Assembly: GCA_002104905.1 (NCBI GenBank)
Contig: MCFE01000723.1
Coordinates: forward strand, 1 to 42,124
Reading direction: 5' to 3'
DNA length: 42,124 nucleotides
From: Basidiobolus meristosporus CBS 931.73
Taxonomy: Eukaryota > Fungi > Basidiobolomycota
Made by a program: the position numbers and the translations under genes. Positions within the stretch are counted from its first letter, which is position 1. Each line of letters begins with the position of its first letter. Shown here in pieces: positions 1 through 10,469 of this stretch. The notes beneath the pieces are model-generated. The model worked only from the letters and a program-made list of their open reading frames with translations. It did not search any database and was not told the origin of the DNA.

Positions 1-882
1 CTTTAGACCTAAAGGGGTGTCTAAAGGGGTGTCTTTAGAGTAAAAGGGCTTCTTGTAGTGGTCTCTAAAGTGGACTTTTCACTAAAGGGGTGCCTAAAGC
101 AGCTTCTTTAGAGTAAAGGGGTCTCTAAAAGGGTCTTTGGACTAAAGGGGTGTCTAAAGGGGTGACTTTAGAGTGAAGGGGCTTCTTAGAGGGGACTTTT
201 CCAACAGAAAAGTGGTAGTTTTCTTGAAGAACTTAGATTGGATTCTTGTGAGCTTTGTAGTCTCTTTACTGATGTAATACCAATCAAAGTCAGAATACTC
301 AACAGTTCAAGTGATGCAGGGGAAGTCTTATAGCCTTGAAACTTGTAATTGTAGTGTAGAGGTTCTGGAAAGAGAGGCTCTCTCTTTATTTTTCAGCTGG
401 GGAAGTCATATATATGAAAATTCCGAAGGATCAAGGCTTTTGGGCAATTGCGCAAGCAATACATGAGATACAGAGCTAAAAGGTTGCAGTGGTGCAGTGG
501 TGCAGATCAGACCTAGGTGCAGCACCTGTGAAAATTTCACATGATTTGATTAGCTGGTCCAAAAGTTACATGCAATCAAAGTCACCATAGTAATCCTAGC
601 TATAGAGGCCCAGTATATCTAATAATTGGACTCTTTTGGTCATAACTCCTTAAGTACTGCTTCAAATGAGCTGTAATTTGAAACATATGTTGACTACTGT
701 GTGTTTTGTATGACATATTATTCTTGGGTGGATTGCCTGTCAGGGTCTGGAGCATTTGTCCTTCAAAGTTGTAAATTCTTGATCTTTCACCTGTGTCTTA
801 CAATAGCAGAAAGTAAAATAAAGAAATGAGTGCAATATTGGTTTTGAGATATTGTAGTAATGGAATACTTTCCATTACCACA
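1..882 (-). repeat. Dispersed repeat (family U part), homologous to 32341-33080; begins with degenerate 12-bp CTAAAGGGGTGT tandem units
   Basis: Collinear match to 32341-33080 (e.g. GACTTTTCCAACAGAAAAGTGGTAG, CAATCAAAGTCAGAATACTCAACAG, TTTTTCAGCTGGGGAAGTCATATATATGA). Homology ends at TTCCATTACCACA (~882/33080). Strand inferred from a degenerate minus-strand frame. Confidence 0.85.
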
Positions 883-1935
883 TTTCTACCAAGAGTAAAT
901 TGGAAGCATTGGGAGCCATATGTGGACATTGTAGGAATATTTATCCAGAAGTGGATCACCAATGCCAACTTGACACATCTACAGCTTTTGTGCAAAGAGC
1001 TTGTCACAGGATTTGAGCAGCTATACTACAAACATACAGTTGAACATGTAGATCTCTGCTGCCACTGTATCCATTTACTACACCATCTTGCTTGGTGTGC
1101 TGAGAATATTGGATCTTGCTTCACCTTTTGGGAGCTTCCTATGGAGTGGATGTGTGGGGAGATAGGATGACAAGTAAAGTTGCAGGTACTACCATATTCT
1201 GATTGCATCAAGAATATTACCTTCTAGTTCATCATGGATGTGATGAGTTTGCACATGGAGGACAGCCAGCAAGAATTGTAAAATACAGAGGACAGATTTG
1301 CACTTGGAGACACCTATGCCTATAGCATTAACAAACTAAGCAGCCCAATGCATGGGTAATTGGTGAGTAATGCAAAGCTGGGTTGGGTGCAACAAGCAGC
1401 AAATTGATACTAGGAAAACTCTACCCAGGTATGCTGGATTTCTCTTAGTCACAAGCCAATTCTTACAACACTCAATACAGAATTCATACTAACAACAGCC
1501 AGGGTGCACCAATAAGGGGACAAGAACCCAGCAGGGAGAAGAAATATATTTGCTAAATACCAATAGATTCTTTGCAGATATCCAGGAAGTATTCATGGCC
1601 AAAGTGGTGGTAATCAAGCATATGTTTGCAAGATATATATGTTACCAGCAATGCAAGGTATATGGCAACTTTGCAAGTATCACACTAAAAAGCCGTAAAG
1701 TTGAGGCAATAGAAAAATGTCAATTGCGGCAGGTGCCTGTTTGTAGAGGTTTGTGAGCAGGAGGCCATAATATTTTTTGATTCAAATTATATGTGTATTA
1801 CCCATGGCAGTAGAGGGTGAGCAAATAAAGAGGGGTGATTCTACCATGGGAAATATCAGTTGTGCAAGGCAAGGTAGAAAAAGGAAGTACCATTTGGTAA
1901 ATTGGTATGATAGCATTATACATAACCAGCTGTAG
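883..1935 (+). pseudogene. CACTA/En-Spm Tnp2-family transposase, C-terminal half, degenerate
   Basis: FEQLYY...CIHLLHHLAWCAENIGSCFTFWELPMEWMCGEIG matches the fungal Tnp2 motif FE.LY...iH.LlHla..i...Gp....wqfpmER.cG. The downstream frame is broken by stops and frameshifts; the end coordinate is approximate. Confidence 0.8.
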
Positions 1936-3214
1936 GCCACCATACTGCTATGATAATGCCATCAGAGGCTTGCAAAGAGGCCATCAAAACACTGTCAGTT
2001 TTTTTGCCATATAAGGCAATTGGATATAATGGCTGGTTAGATCCACTGAAGTAGTTGTACAGTGCACTGGGACTGCACCAATGCCATGCCACCCTTGGCA
2101 AAACACCATACAGACACCATTTTGCCCTGAGCTTTAATTGGCTGGAAAATTAGCCAATGCCATTGTTATCCTATCATAGGATTATGGAAATAGTCACTAA
2201 TTTCAAGCTGTTGGTATTATTGCGGTCTCATCACATGATCTTCACTTCAGAGGACTCTACTATTATAGCTTAGCCTGAATCAGTGCCTAGGAATATTATA
2301 GAAGTAAGTATCCCAGTATCACAGACCAGGAGATTGAACTAGCCCAGAAATAGCCCAAATTACTATATCAATGAGGGCACAAACTTAGCATTTGCCAATG
2401 CAGTCCATATTGATGAGCCCCAGTCTGTAAAAGAGGCCCTGAATAGCCCTCAGACAGACTTTTCCAGATCTGCAATGACTGAGGAGTATCAGGCCTTGAT
2501 GGAAAATCAAACTTGGGATTTAGTCAAATTACCAATCAACCAAAAATCAATTGGATGCAGATGGGTCTTCAAGATAAGACATGTGGCTGATTGTACAATT
2601 GGAAGATGCAAAGCAAGACTTGAGGCCAGAGGATACTCTCAAACAAATGACTTGACTACACTGAGACCTTTGCACTGGTAGCCAAGTTTAACTCCATCAG
2701 GTTAATATTAGCTATTGCAGCCAAATATAGTTCTTTATGCACTAAATGGATGTAAAAACTGCATTTTTAAATGGTGAACTTGACAAAGATGTGTACATGG
2801 ACCAGCCTGATGGGTTTATTGAAAAAGATAAATGCCATTTGGTCTGCAAGCTTAAAAATTCTCTGTATATACTCAAACAATTACCAAGAGCCTGGATTTG
2901 CAATATAGATTCTTATTTGGTATCTTTGAGTCTCCAAAGGAGTAATGTTTACTACAGTATATACTAAAAGCCAGATAGAGCAGATTCAGTTCTATTAGCT
3001 CTATATATGGATGATCTATTATAGCCACCAATAACCTTGAAACCTTAGAAGAGACTAGATTCAGCCTATCAAAGGAGTTCAAGATGTCCAAGCTAGGAGA
3101 ACTCTGTTACCACTTAGGGATAAAGTTCTCTATAGACAGAAGTCCCCAGACTATCATCCTAAGCCCATCCAAGTATATGCAAGATATACTCAAAAGTACC
3201 AAATGGAAGACTGT

Positions 3215-4420
3215 TGTTGTGCATCAACATCTGAAAACATAGCCAATTATACTGCATTAAAAAATCAAGTACCCTCACTGATTTTCCCTAACTCAGACAT
3301 AACTAATCCCAGTTATGGTTTATTTCATCCCACCTCTGAGTCTATTTGTAGCTGTCACATTGGATCAATCATCATATGTCCATAACATTATCAACTTATC
3401 TGCCATGCATTCTCAGATGATTGTTCATCTGAGATCTATCCAACCATTTAGCAGTTGCCAAGATATCAGCTTATTAATGATGCAATTTCATGTATGTTAT
3501 GTGTTGTAAAACTCACAATTTCACCTAAATATTAACCCAACTTAGTAACTTATATCATTACCTCCAAATCCTTGAGAATACTGACCAAATTCCTTGTCAG
3601 GATTTACTTAGAATAATTTCATCAAAATACCAGGTACCCAGAACATGAAAATTCTCAAAGTTGTCCAAACAGCCCCAAACTTTGCACACATGCTCTTGGC
3701 ACCTTCCTTAACCTGTTCTACATGCTTGTAATGCCAATACCATGTAGAAGTATAAATACTACTTTTACATTCAATAGATCATTAAATGAAACCTCATAAT
3801 CTACTTGTTGTCCCAATGACTTCCAATATCTCCAAGACTCTTACAGCAATTTATCCCACCTCTGAGTCTATTTGTAGCTATCACACTGGATCAATTTTCA
3901 TATGGCAACTACATTATCAACTTATCTGCCATGCATTCCCAGGTGATTAGTCATCTGAGATCTATCCAACAACTTGCAGTTGCCAAGATGTCAGCTGATT
4001 AATGATGCAATTTTCATGTATGTTATTCACCTATCAACACCTGCTTTGATCTCAATTAATCCAATCTCTTGGTGCTTACTAATTCAACTTGATCAAAAAG
4101 GCATAGACAAAGTCTACTGAACCTTTTAATTTAGTGTCTGTTTTAACAAAATCAAGATTGCATCTCAGCAAAATTGAGAATTCAACAATTCTGTTCCAGT
4201 TTCTACCCAAGCCTAGCATATCTAGCACTCTCAAGAACATCAAGCCTAGCCTGCACAGCAAACCCACTCTGATGCCTTTGTAGCCAAACCCAGCTATACA
4301 CAAGTCCAATATGAGACCAGAATCTCTCTGCTAATATTTCTACCACTCACTGACAATTCTAAGATTCTACACTTAGTTGTCCCATTTAAGAGTTTTGACA
4401 CTTTTCTCTTGTATACAACT
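3215..4420. mobile_element. LTR-like insertion (probable solo LTR, ~680 bp net) inside the copia RT, itself carrying a nested copia solo LTR
   Basis: Starts TGTTG and ends CAACT. Flanked by a 5-bp direct repeat ACTGT (3210-3214 / 4421-4425). The RT frame ..KMEDC|KLAATPM rejoins across it. Confidence 0.75.
3502..3848 (+). repeat. Solo LTR of the copia family
   Basis: 347 bp, TGTTG...TACAGCA, roughly 90% identical to the reverse complement of 17221-17569. Confidence 0.92.
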
Positions 4421-5199
4421 ACTGTAAACTGGCAGCTACACCAATGAAGACAAACCTTAGCTTGGTCAAAACTTAACCAATCAAGAGAGCTTAGTGCCAT
4501 TTGAAAGCCCTGACTTTCCTTATCAATTTATGGTTGGCAGTCTGATGCATATACTGCTAGGAACAGATCCAGATATCCCATATATAGTGGGAGTAATCAG
4601 CCAGCATAATCAGAACTGTGAATCTGATTATATTGCTGCAATTGATTGGATTCTTAGATACCTAAAGGGAACTGCTAATATCTGCTTAGGGTACTCCTAT
4701 AATAGTTCAGAACAGGATCTTGTGGAATACTCTGATGCTGATTGGGGACAATATTCAGAAGGCAGAAGATCAACCATACAATACATCTTTTATTCTGTAA
4801 AGGAGCAATTTCATGGAATTCAAGAAAGCAACCAACCTTAACATGTTCCACCACAGAGGCAGAGTAAATGGCAGCCTGTGAAGCTACAAAAAGCAATGTG
4901 GTTAAGAAAGCTTTTTAAAGATTTGGGCATATATCAAAAAACACCTACTGCTATATTTCAAGATCATCAAGGATATATACAAATAGGCAGATATCCAACT
5001 TTTCATGCTAAACCTAAGCACATAGAAATTAGACATCATTACATAAGTGAAGCTATAGAAAGTAACTTCGTTGACTTAGCGCACTGCTCTACAGATGAAA
5101 TGATTGTAGACATATTTTCCAGGCCATTAGCTAGATACAAACTTGAATACCTTAGGTCAAATTAGGGCTAGTCAGTGTGAGTATTTAGTTGAGTGGGAG

Positions 5200-5545
5200 T
5201 GTTGTAAAAGTTTGTAATTCCACCTAAGTATATACCTAGCTTAGTCACCCAGATTGTTACCTTCAGACCCTAGAGAATATTGACCCAATTCCTTGTTGGG
5301 ATTTACCTGGAATATTTTCACCAAAATATCAGGTACCCAGAACATGAAAACTCTCAAAGTTGTCCAAACAGCCCCAGACCTTGCACACGTGCTCTTGGGA
5401 CCTTCCTAACTCAATTTTACATGTATGATATACCAAGACCATATAACAGTATAAATACTACTATTACATTCAGTAAATCAATATGTGAGAACCATATAAT
5501 CTGTTTGCTCTCCCAATCACTTTCAATATCTCCAAGACTTTTAGA
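5200..5545 (+). repeat. 3' LTR of the truncated copia copy
   Basis: Follows the PPT; aligns over its length with the family LTR; the last few bases are lost. Confidence 0.88.
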
Positions 5546-5746
5546 GTACCAAGAGCATGTGTGTAAAGTTTGGGGCTGTATGGGCAACCTTTCTGATTTT
5601 ATGTCCTGGGTACCTGATACTGTGGTGAAAATATTATAAGTAAATACCAACAAGGAATTTGGTCAGTATTTTCTAAGATTTGAAGGTCATGATCTAGGTG
5701 ACTCAGTTAGATGAGTATTTAGGTGGAATTAAGAGCTGTTACAACA
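5546..5746 (-). repeat. Inverted half copia LTR
   Basis: Matches 17370-17569 in direct orientation (CCAAGAGCATGTGTG...CCAACAAGGAATTTGGTCAGTA...TTACAACA). Confidence 0.88.
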
Positions 5747-5789
5747 CTCAGAAGGTAAGTCACTGGCTCCCTTCATTACTTCAAGATAG

Positions 5790-6075
5790 CAACTACCCAT
5801 AGTACTTTCCAGCACAGAGGAAGAGTATGTGGCAGGCCATGAAGCTACAAAGGCAATGTGACTGCAAAAGCTCTTGTGAGATATAGGCATATGTCAAAAA
5901 TACCATACTGCACACATGTTCTTGGGACCTTCTTAAACATATTCTATGCAATTATTTTGCCAAGACTATGTAAAAGCATGAGTTCTACTTTGACATTGAG
6001 TAATTCATTAAGTGAAAATCACATAATCTATACGTTCTCCCAATCACTTCCAATAGCTCCAAGACTCTTACAACA
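5790..6075 (+). repeat. Copia RNase H fragment fused to the 3' half of an LTR
   Basis: Translates as LSSTEEEYVAGHEATKAM (cf. LSTTEAEYMAACEATKEAM), then TGCACACATGTTCTTGGGACC...GACTCTTACAACA. Confidence 0.8.
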
Positions 6076-9053
6076 AAGATTGGTTACTACAGAATGATAG
6101 TGTATTACCAGATATGTCTATCACTTGATGGAATTAATTCACATTGAAGCCTAAGTTCACCAGTCAAAGCTAACTGCTTTAGGGCTCGGAAGAGAATAAG
6201 TATTAATCAGGCAAGCTATGGTATTTGCTACAAATGACCTTGTGGCAAAATATTTGTGAGTTTTGCAAGTGATTTGCAGAACTAGAAGAGTCGAAATTAT
6301 CATCCTTTAGCTATCAAGTGCAAATAGAGTTTTCAAATTAATGATGGGAATGCTTTCAGAAGAGTCGTAGAGAGTGGGTGCAAAGTTTGTGGTCATTTCG
6401 ACGAGTTTAGCTTAATGAAGTTCTGGAACCCATAATAATACTTAAAGTCATACGATGTAAAGCATAAGTTAATGATTAATATTAAAACGATGAGTAATTT
6501 AGGTGCTAAACTTAACAATATGATTTGGTATTTTGGGTGAAAATAGTTCATTCCCTTTTTGACAAACTTGAATAGTAAAACGCACTGGAAAAGACCATAC
6601 AAAAGCATTCGATGAGCTCGAAATTTCAATTCTCCCGTTGTGGCCGTTAATTGGTTTGGCACCTGGATCATTGAGACACTATTGCATGTTGGTTAGTTAC
6701 TAGAATCTTGGATACTGACTAGATTTGATTCATTAGAGATTAGATACATACAGATCCGAAGACCTAGTAGAAGTCCGGGAGGTTACCAAATATCCAAACC
6801 TGTCGGAATGCCCCCAAATCGAATGCACAGACTCTCGGAACCTTCCTTAACAATTCGCGTCGTTCTCTTTACAGAGCGGTGCAGAAGGTAAAGAGACTTT
6901 GTTTCAGCTGAATCAGTCATAAGGGGTATACCATATAAGTCCTCTAGTTCACGAACTCACTTTCAACACTCCCCCCAAAAAAAAATCATGCAACAAGATA
7001 TATTTACGCTTTAAGAATTTTTAAATTTGTTTGTAAGTATAAAATTCTGTGTAGCTCCGAAGAATCATTATCGGAATGATTTAAAACAAAGTTCATTTGT
7101 AGCTGAATTTGGTAGAAACCAAGTCGCTGTGCTTTCAGTAGAGCTCTGTCAGGTAAAGTAGTGAATGTATTATAGAAACTTATGGAATGTAAGGTAGAGT
7201 TGGGGGTTTTCGGATGGCTCCGAATGGTCCGTTCATTTTAATGCTTCAACGAATCGAGAGAATTAGCAAAATAACCTACGGAATTGATATCTGAGGATTC
7301 GATTGTACATCAAAATATACTTGGCTATCACGATTTACAACGAATCAAGCTATATTTACATCATGGCAAATGCTGCGCATGATCCAGTTTGGCCTGTGGC
7401 AAGAGCATCCAGGCGGATTCAAGAGAGTTGGCCATTGTGTGCAGGAGAGCTTTCCAAGGCGGTGAAAAAAGGAATATAGAAAGGTGGGGATGCTCTACGC
7501 TTGCTATGCGACCAAGGTATTCCAAGTCCTTCACCATGCTGCTTATCCCATCGCTCAGAAATATCAGGATAAAAGTAACCAATATGGATGAGGTTGAATA
7601 GTATTGCAACGTTGGGTCTTTGCGTCATCATTGTCAATACAAATGGGACCGAACTTCAACCACGCTGATGTGTTGATGAAATGATTGCCCCATTTGGCTG
7701 GATTCACATCAATTTAAATTCGATTAAAAACTGGCTTCAAAATGTGCAGCACTACTGGAATGGTAATCAAGCATCAGTTATGGGTTAGTGGAGTAAGGAT
7801 GATGCACATTCATCGTTGTCTTCTGACATGTTGCATTCCATCCAGGTGAAACCTAGGTCTGATTGAGCACAGCATCACGATGATTTAACACCGGCATCCA
7901 CCGCGGCCTGATCTGTCGTAACTTAGGCATTGGTGGCCACAAGCCTGGCCAGGTGTTGTTGGCCTTCGTTGGGGCTAGCACACAGATCCAAGGCCCATAT
8001 GGCTCGACCGTCCCGGTCGAAAACCCCTGTTTCCAGATAAAAGTCGCTCCTCCACCTCCAGAACGTTCGCGAGACCCACGCTCCAATCTCAAGCAGAACC
8101 GGTTTTTTCGGTGGAAATGTCTTCGAAACACTTTTCGCCTTCGAGAAGCTGATCGTCGACTAGATCTCAGCAATTTTCAACCCAGTCCCAAACTTGGCTA
8201 TACGTTGGTTTATCTCCGCTTGAGGCCTGGATAATCATCCGGTTCCCAAAATGGTCGACACTTCCGGATGCGGATGGTTGGGATAACTTCATTGAGGGAT
8301 GCTTAGAATAGACAGGGAATCGATGGGATGACTTCAGCGATGTGCTGTGTTAGCCCGATACCGGCCTTATCACCACCTGGCCGACTGGCCAATCATGGAT
8401 TCCCTTTGGACAGAGGGAAGGAGGCACTTGGGCGATTTGGAGCTGGCCTGATAAGCGTGGTCCTTCGACAACAATCAGGAATGGGCTGGGTTGCATGTCC
8501 ACGCTTGATTAGTCAGCGGCTTAGTTGCTCAAGGCCGCTGTGATCCAGCGTCGCATTGGGTGGAGGTCGTGGCATATCCAGGTTGGGCCTCCCAGGGTTG
8601 CTGGCGAGAGGGCCGGGTGGGGTGGAGTGCGACTGGGAGCTTTATTCGGGAATGTAGGTTTGCGACCTTGGCGCACGTGGGGTGGGGAAGGTTGGCACAT
8701 GTGTCAGCAGTTCGGTTGGGTGGGGCGTGGCTGTATGTGGAGAATGATTATATAAAAGTTGAATGGGTTACAGAGATTTGTTTGAGGCCTGGTTCATGTT
8801 GCGCTCGTCTACCAATACATCAGATTATACAGGGGTTTTGTGAGGGCTTAATGCGGGAATACAACTGGTTGATTTGTTCAACAAGGATACGGGATTACTA
8901 TGTAGGAATAAACACGACGTGAGTGAATGAACAGGGGAGGGGCAGGTTTCGTCTGGAACGAGGTCAGTTCGCACCATCACAGGGATATCGGATAAATACG
9001 GAACTTGGTATATGGGATTCGCTAATCGTGGTCAGCCAGGGGCGATCTGGTGC

Positions 9054-10469
9054 TCAGCATACTTCCATGCGATCACCGAACCATTTGCTACGGCAGTCAT
9101 CGATATTCACAACCGAGCCAGAGGCTCTGGCCTGCTCAGCCGCAAGTGCGTACATTCGAGACCGAAGCTCTTCGAAGCCATGTTCGCGGCCCCATTGACC
9201 GCGTCCCCAGCGAATATTTTCCAGAAATTCTTCGATGAGGCCGTAATCACCGTCGTTCTCGACTGCCTCTCCCGCAGCATTGATGTCGGGCCGGATGAGC
9301 TCACTGCGTCGAGTGAGGAAGTCGAAATGCTTGATGACATTGCCGTCGCACTCCAGCTCGCCCAATGTCCCGAAGATGCGGGTCATCCGCGAGGTTTGCG
9401 AGCTTCCGGAAATCATGGTAAAGCTGCACGTCTTTCCTTCGTCAAACTCCATGTTGACGATATGACTGTCACAGACTTCGGTCTCCAGCGGACTAGCGTA
9501 GGAGCATGAGTCGCCCATCGTCAGCCCAGCGTCTGCTATTTCCACGTTGACGATGCCGCTCAGGTACGGTGTCCACTCGGACTCGCGAATGACGATGGGG
9601 TTGGAGTAGATTTCGGAGTACACGAAGGGGTTCTCGGACTTCCTATTCCCTCCTTGGAAGAGGCTTCCAAAAGCACTGACCTTGCGGCAGGGCGAATCCA
9701 TCAGCCAACTAACGAGGTCGATGCCATCAATGCTTTTCGAAACCAGCGAGAGCGAGGTGTCCTTTCGCCGACGAATATTCTTGGTGACCTGTGAAGGAAT
9801 CCATGGTGTAAGTCCGTGGGGGATCGTATGGAAGATGTCTGCATCATGCGTACCAGATGGGGTATCGATTGGAAGCCGACCTTTTCAATGTGTTGGATGC
9901 TCATGATCTCCCCGATGGAGCCCGAGTCGAGCATCTTCTTGAGGGTCCGGTTACACGGCTTGTAGCGGATCGTATTCCCGACGGAGAAGATAACCGAGTT
10001 TTTGGCCGCCGCCTCAACCACTGCTTGGCACCTTCCGAGGTCGATGGCCTGTGGCTCTTCGAGCAGGATGTGGTATTTCTTCTGGGCGAATACGATGCTG
10101 ACCTCCTCTATCGAGGAATCGGTGCTTGTGATAAGGACAGCGTCGGCGATTTTCGGGAGGCTGGCTAGCTCTCTCCAGTCGCAAAAAACTCGGTCTGAAG
10201 GGAGTTCGAGTCTCTACAACGTTACACAAAGATATTAGTCTTCTTCTCTAAAGCAACGCCGGCCGGCAGTCAAGGGTGCTTACCTCGCTAAGGATGTTCC
10301 GCCTGAAGTCCACTGGGGAGACCACGGCAACAACCTTCATGAGTTGAGGATGTTGCAATGCGAAACTAGTGTAAGTGGTTCCTTTATTGCCAGTGCCGAT
10401 AATACAAACTGTGACGGGGGCGTGTCGGTTGGAGGGAGAAGAGCCTAGCAAAGGTTGCAAAGGGGGCAT
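9054..10469 (-). CDS. Gfo/Idh/MocA-family (StrI/YteT-like) NAD(P)-binding oxidoreductase homolog, 3 exons (10469-10284, 10213-9854, 9788-9054), 426 aa
   Basis: Rossmann start VCIIGTGNKG; RVFCDWRELA, ADAVLIT, YHILLEEP, IGEIMSIQHIEKVG, RKVSAFGSL, VNMEFDEG, RIFGTLGEL, AAEQAR. Two phase-0 introns: GTAAGC..GACTAAT..TAG (70 nt) and GTACGC..CAG (65 nt). No stops or frameshifts. Confidence 0.93.

Larger units (their letters stand above)
2245..5545 (+). mobile_element. 5'-truncated Ty1/copia LTR retrotransposon (RT-RNase H and 3' LTR), same family as 17221-21903; interrupted by insertion 3215-4420
   Basis: [28 protein letters not shown] and KHIEIRHHYI motifs; collinear with the minus-strand copy. PPT GAGTGGGAG at 5191-5199 is followed by an LTR starting TGTTG at 5200. 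Confidence 0.92.

Noticed and set aside
1-200. Short repeats as a CRISPR array or telomere
   Set aside because: The units are degenerate with no unique constant-length spacers, and the block recurs internally at 32341 within a dispersed repeat.
6393-6671. KFRAHRMLL (BTB-like) on the minus strand and HTKAFDELE (gypsy RT connection-like) on the plus strand
   Set aside because: Both are single short motifs with no supporting flanking similarity in AT-rich DNA.
7923-8159. ATG-less minus-strand frame containing ALDLCASP, resembling the RsmB/NSUN LDxCAAPG motif
   Set aside because: Only 78 codons, lacks the GGK that follows the motif, and no start or splice model links it to other exons.
9012-9509. 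165-aa plus-strand ORF and other ORFs overlapping the two real genes
   Set aside because: Antisense shadows of GC-rich coding sequence (also 13815-15414).
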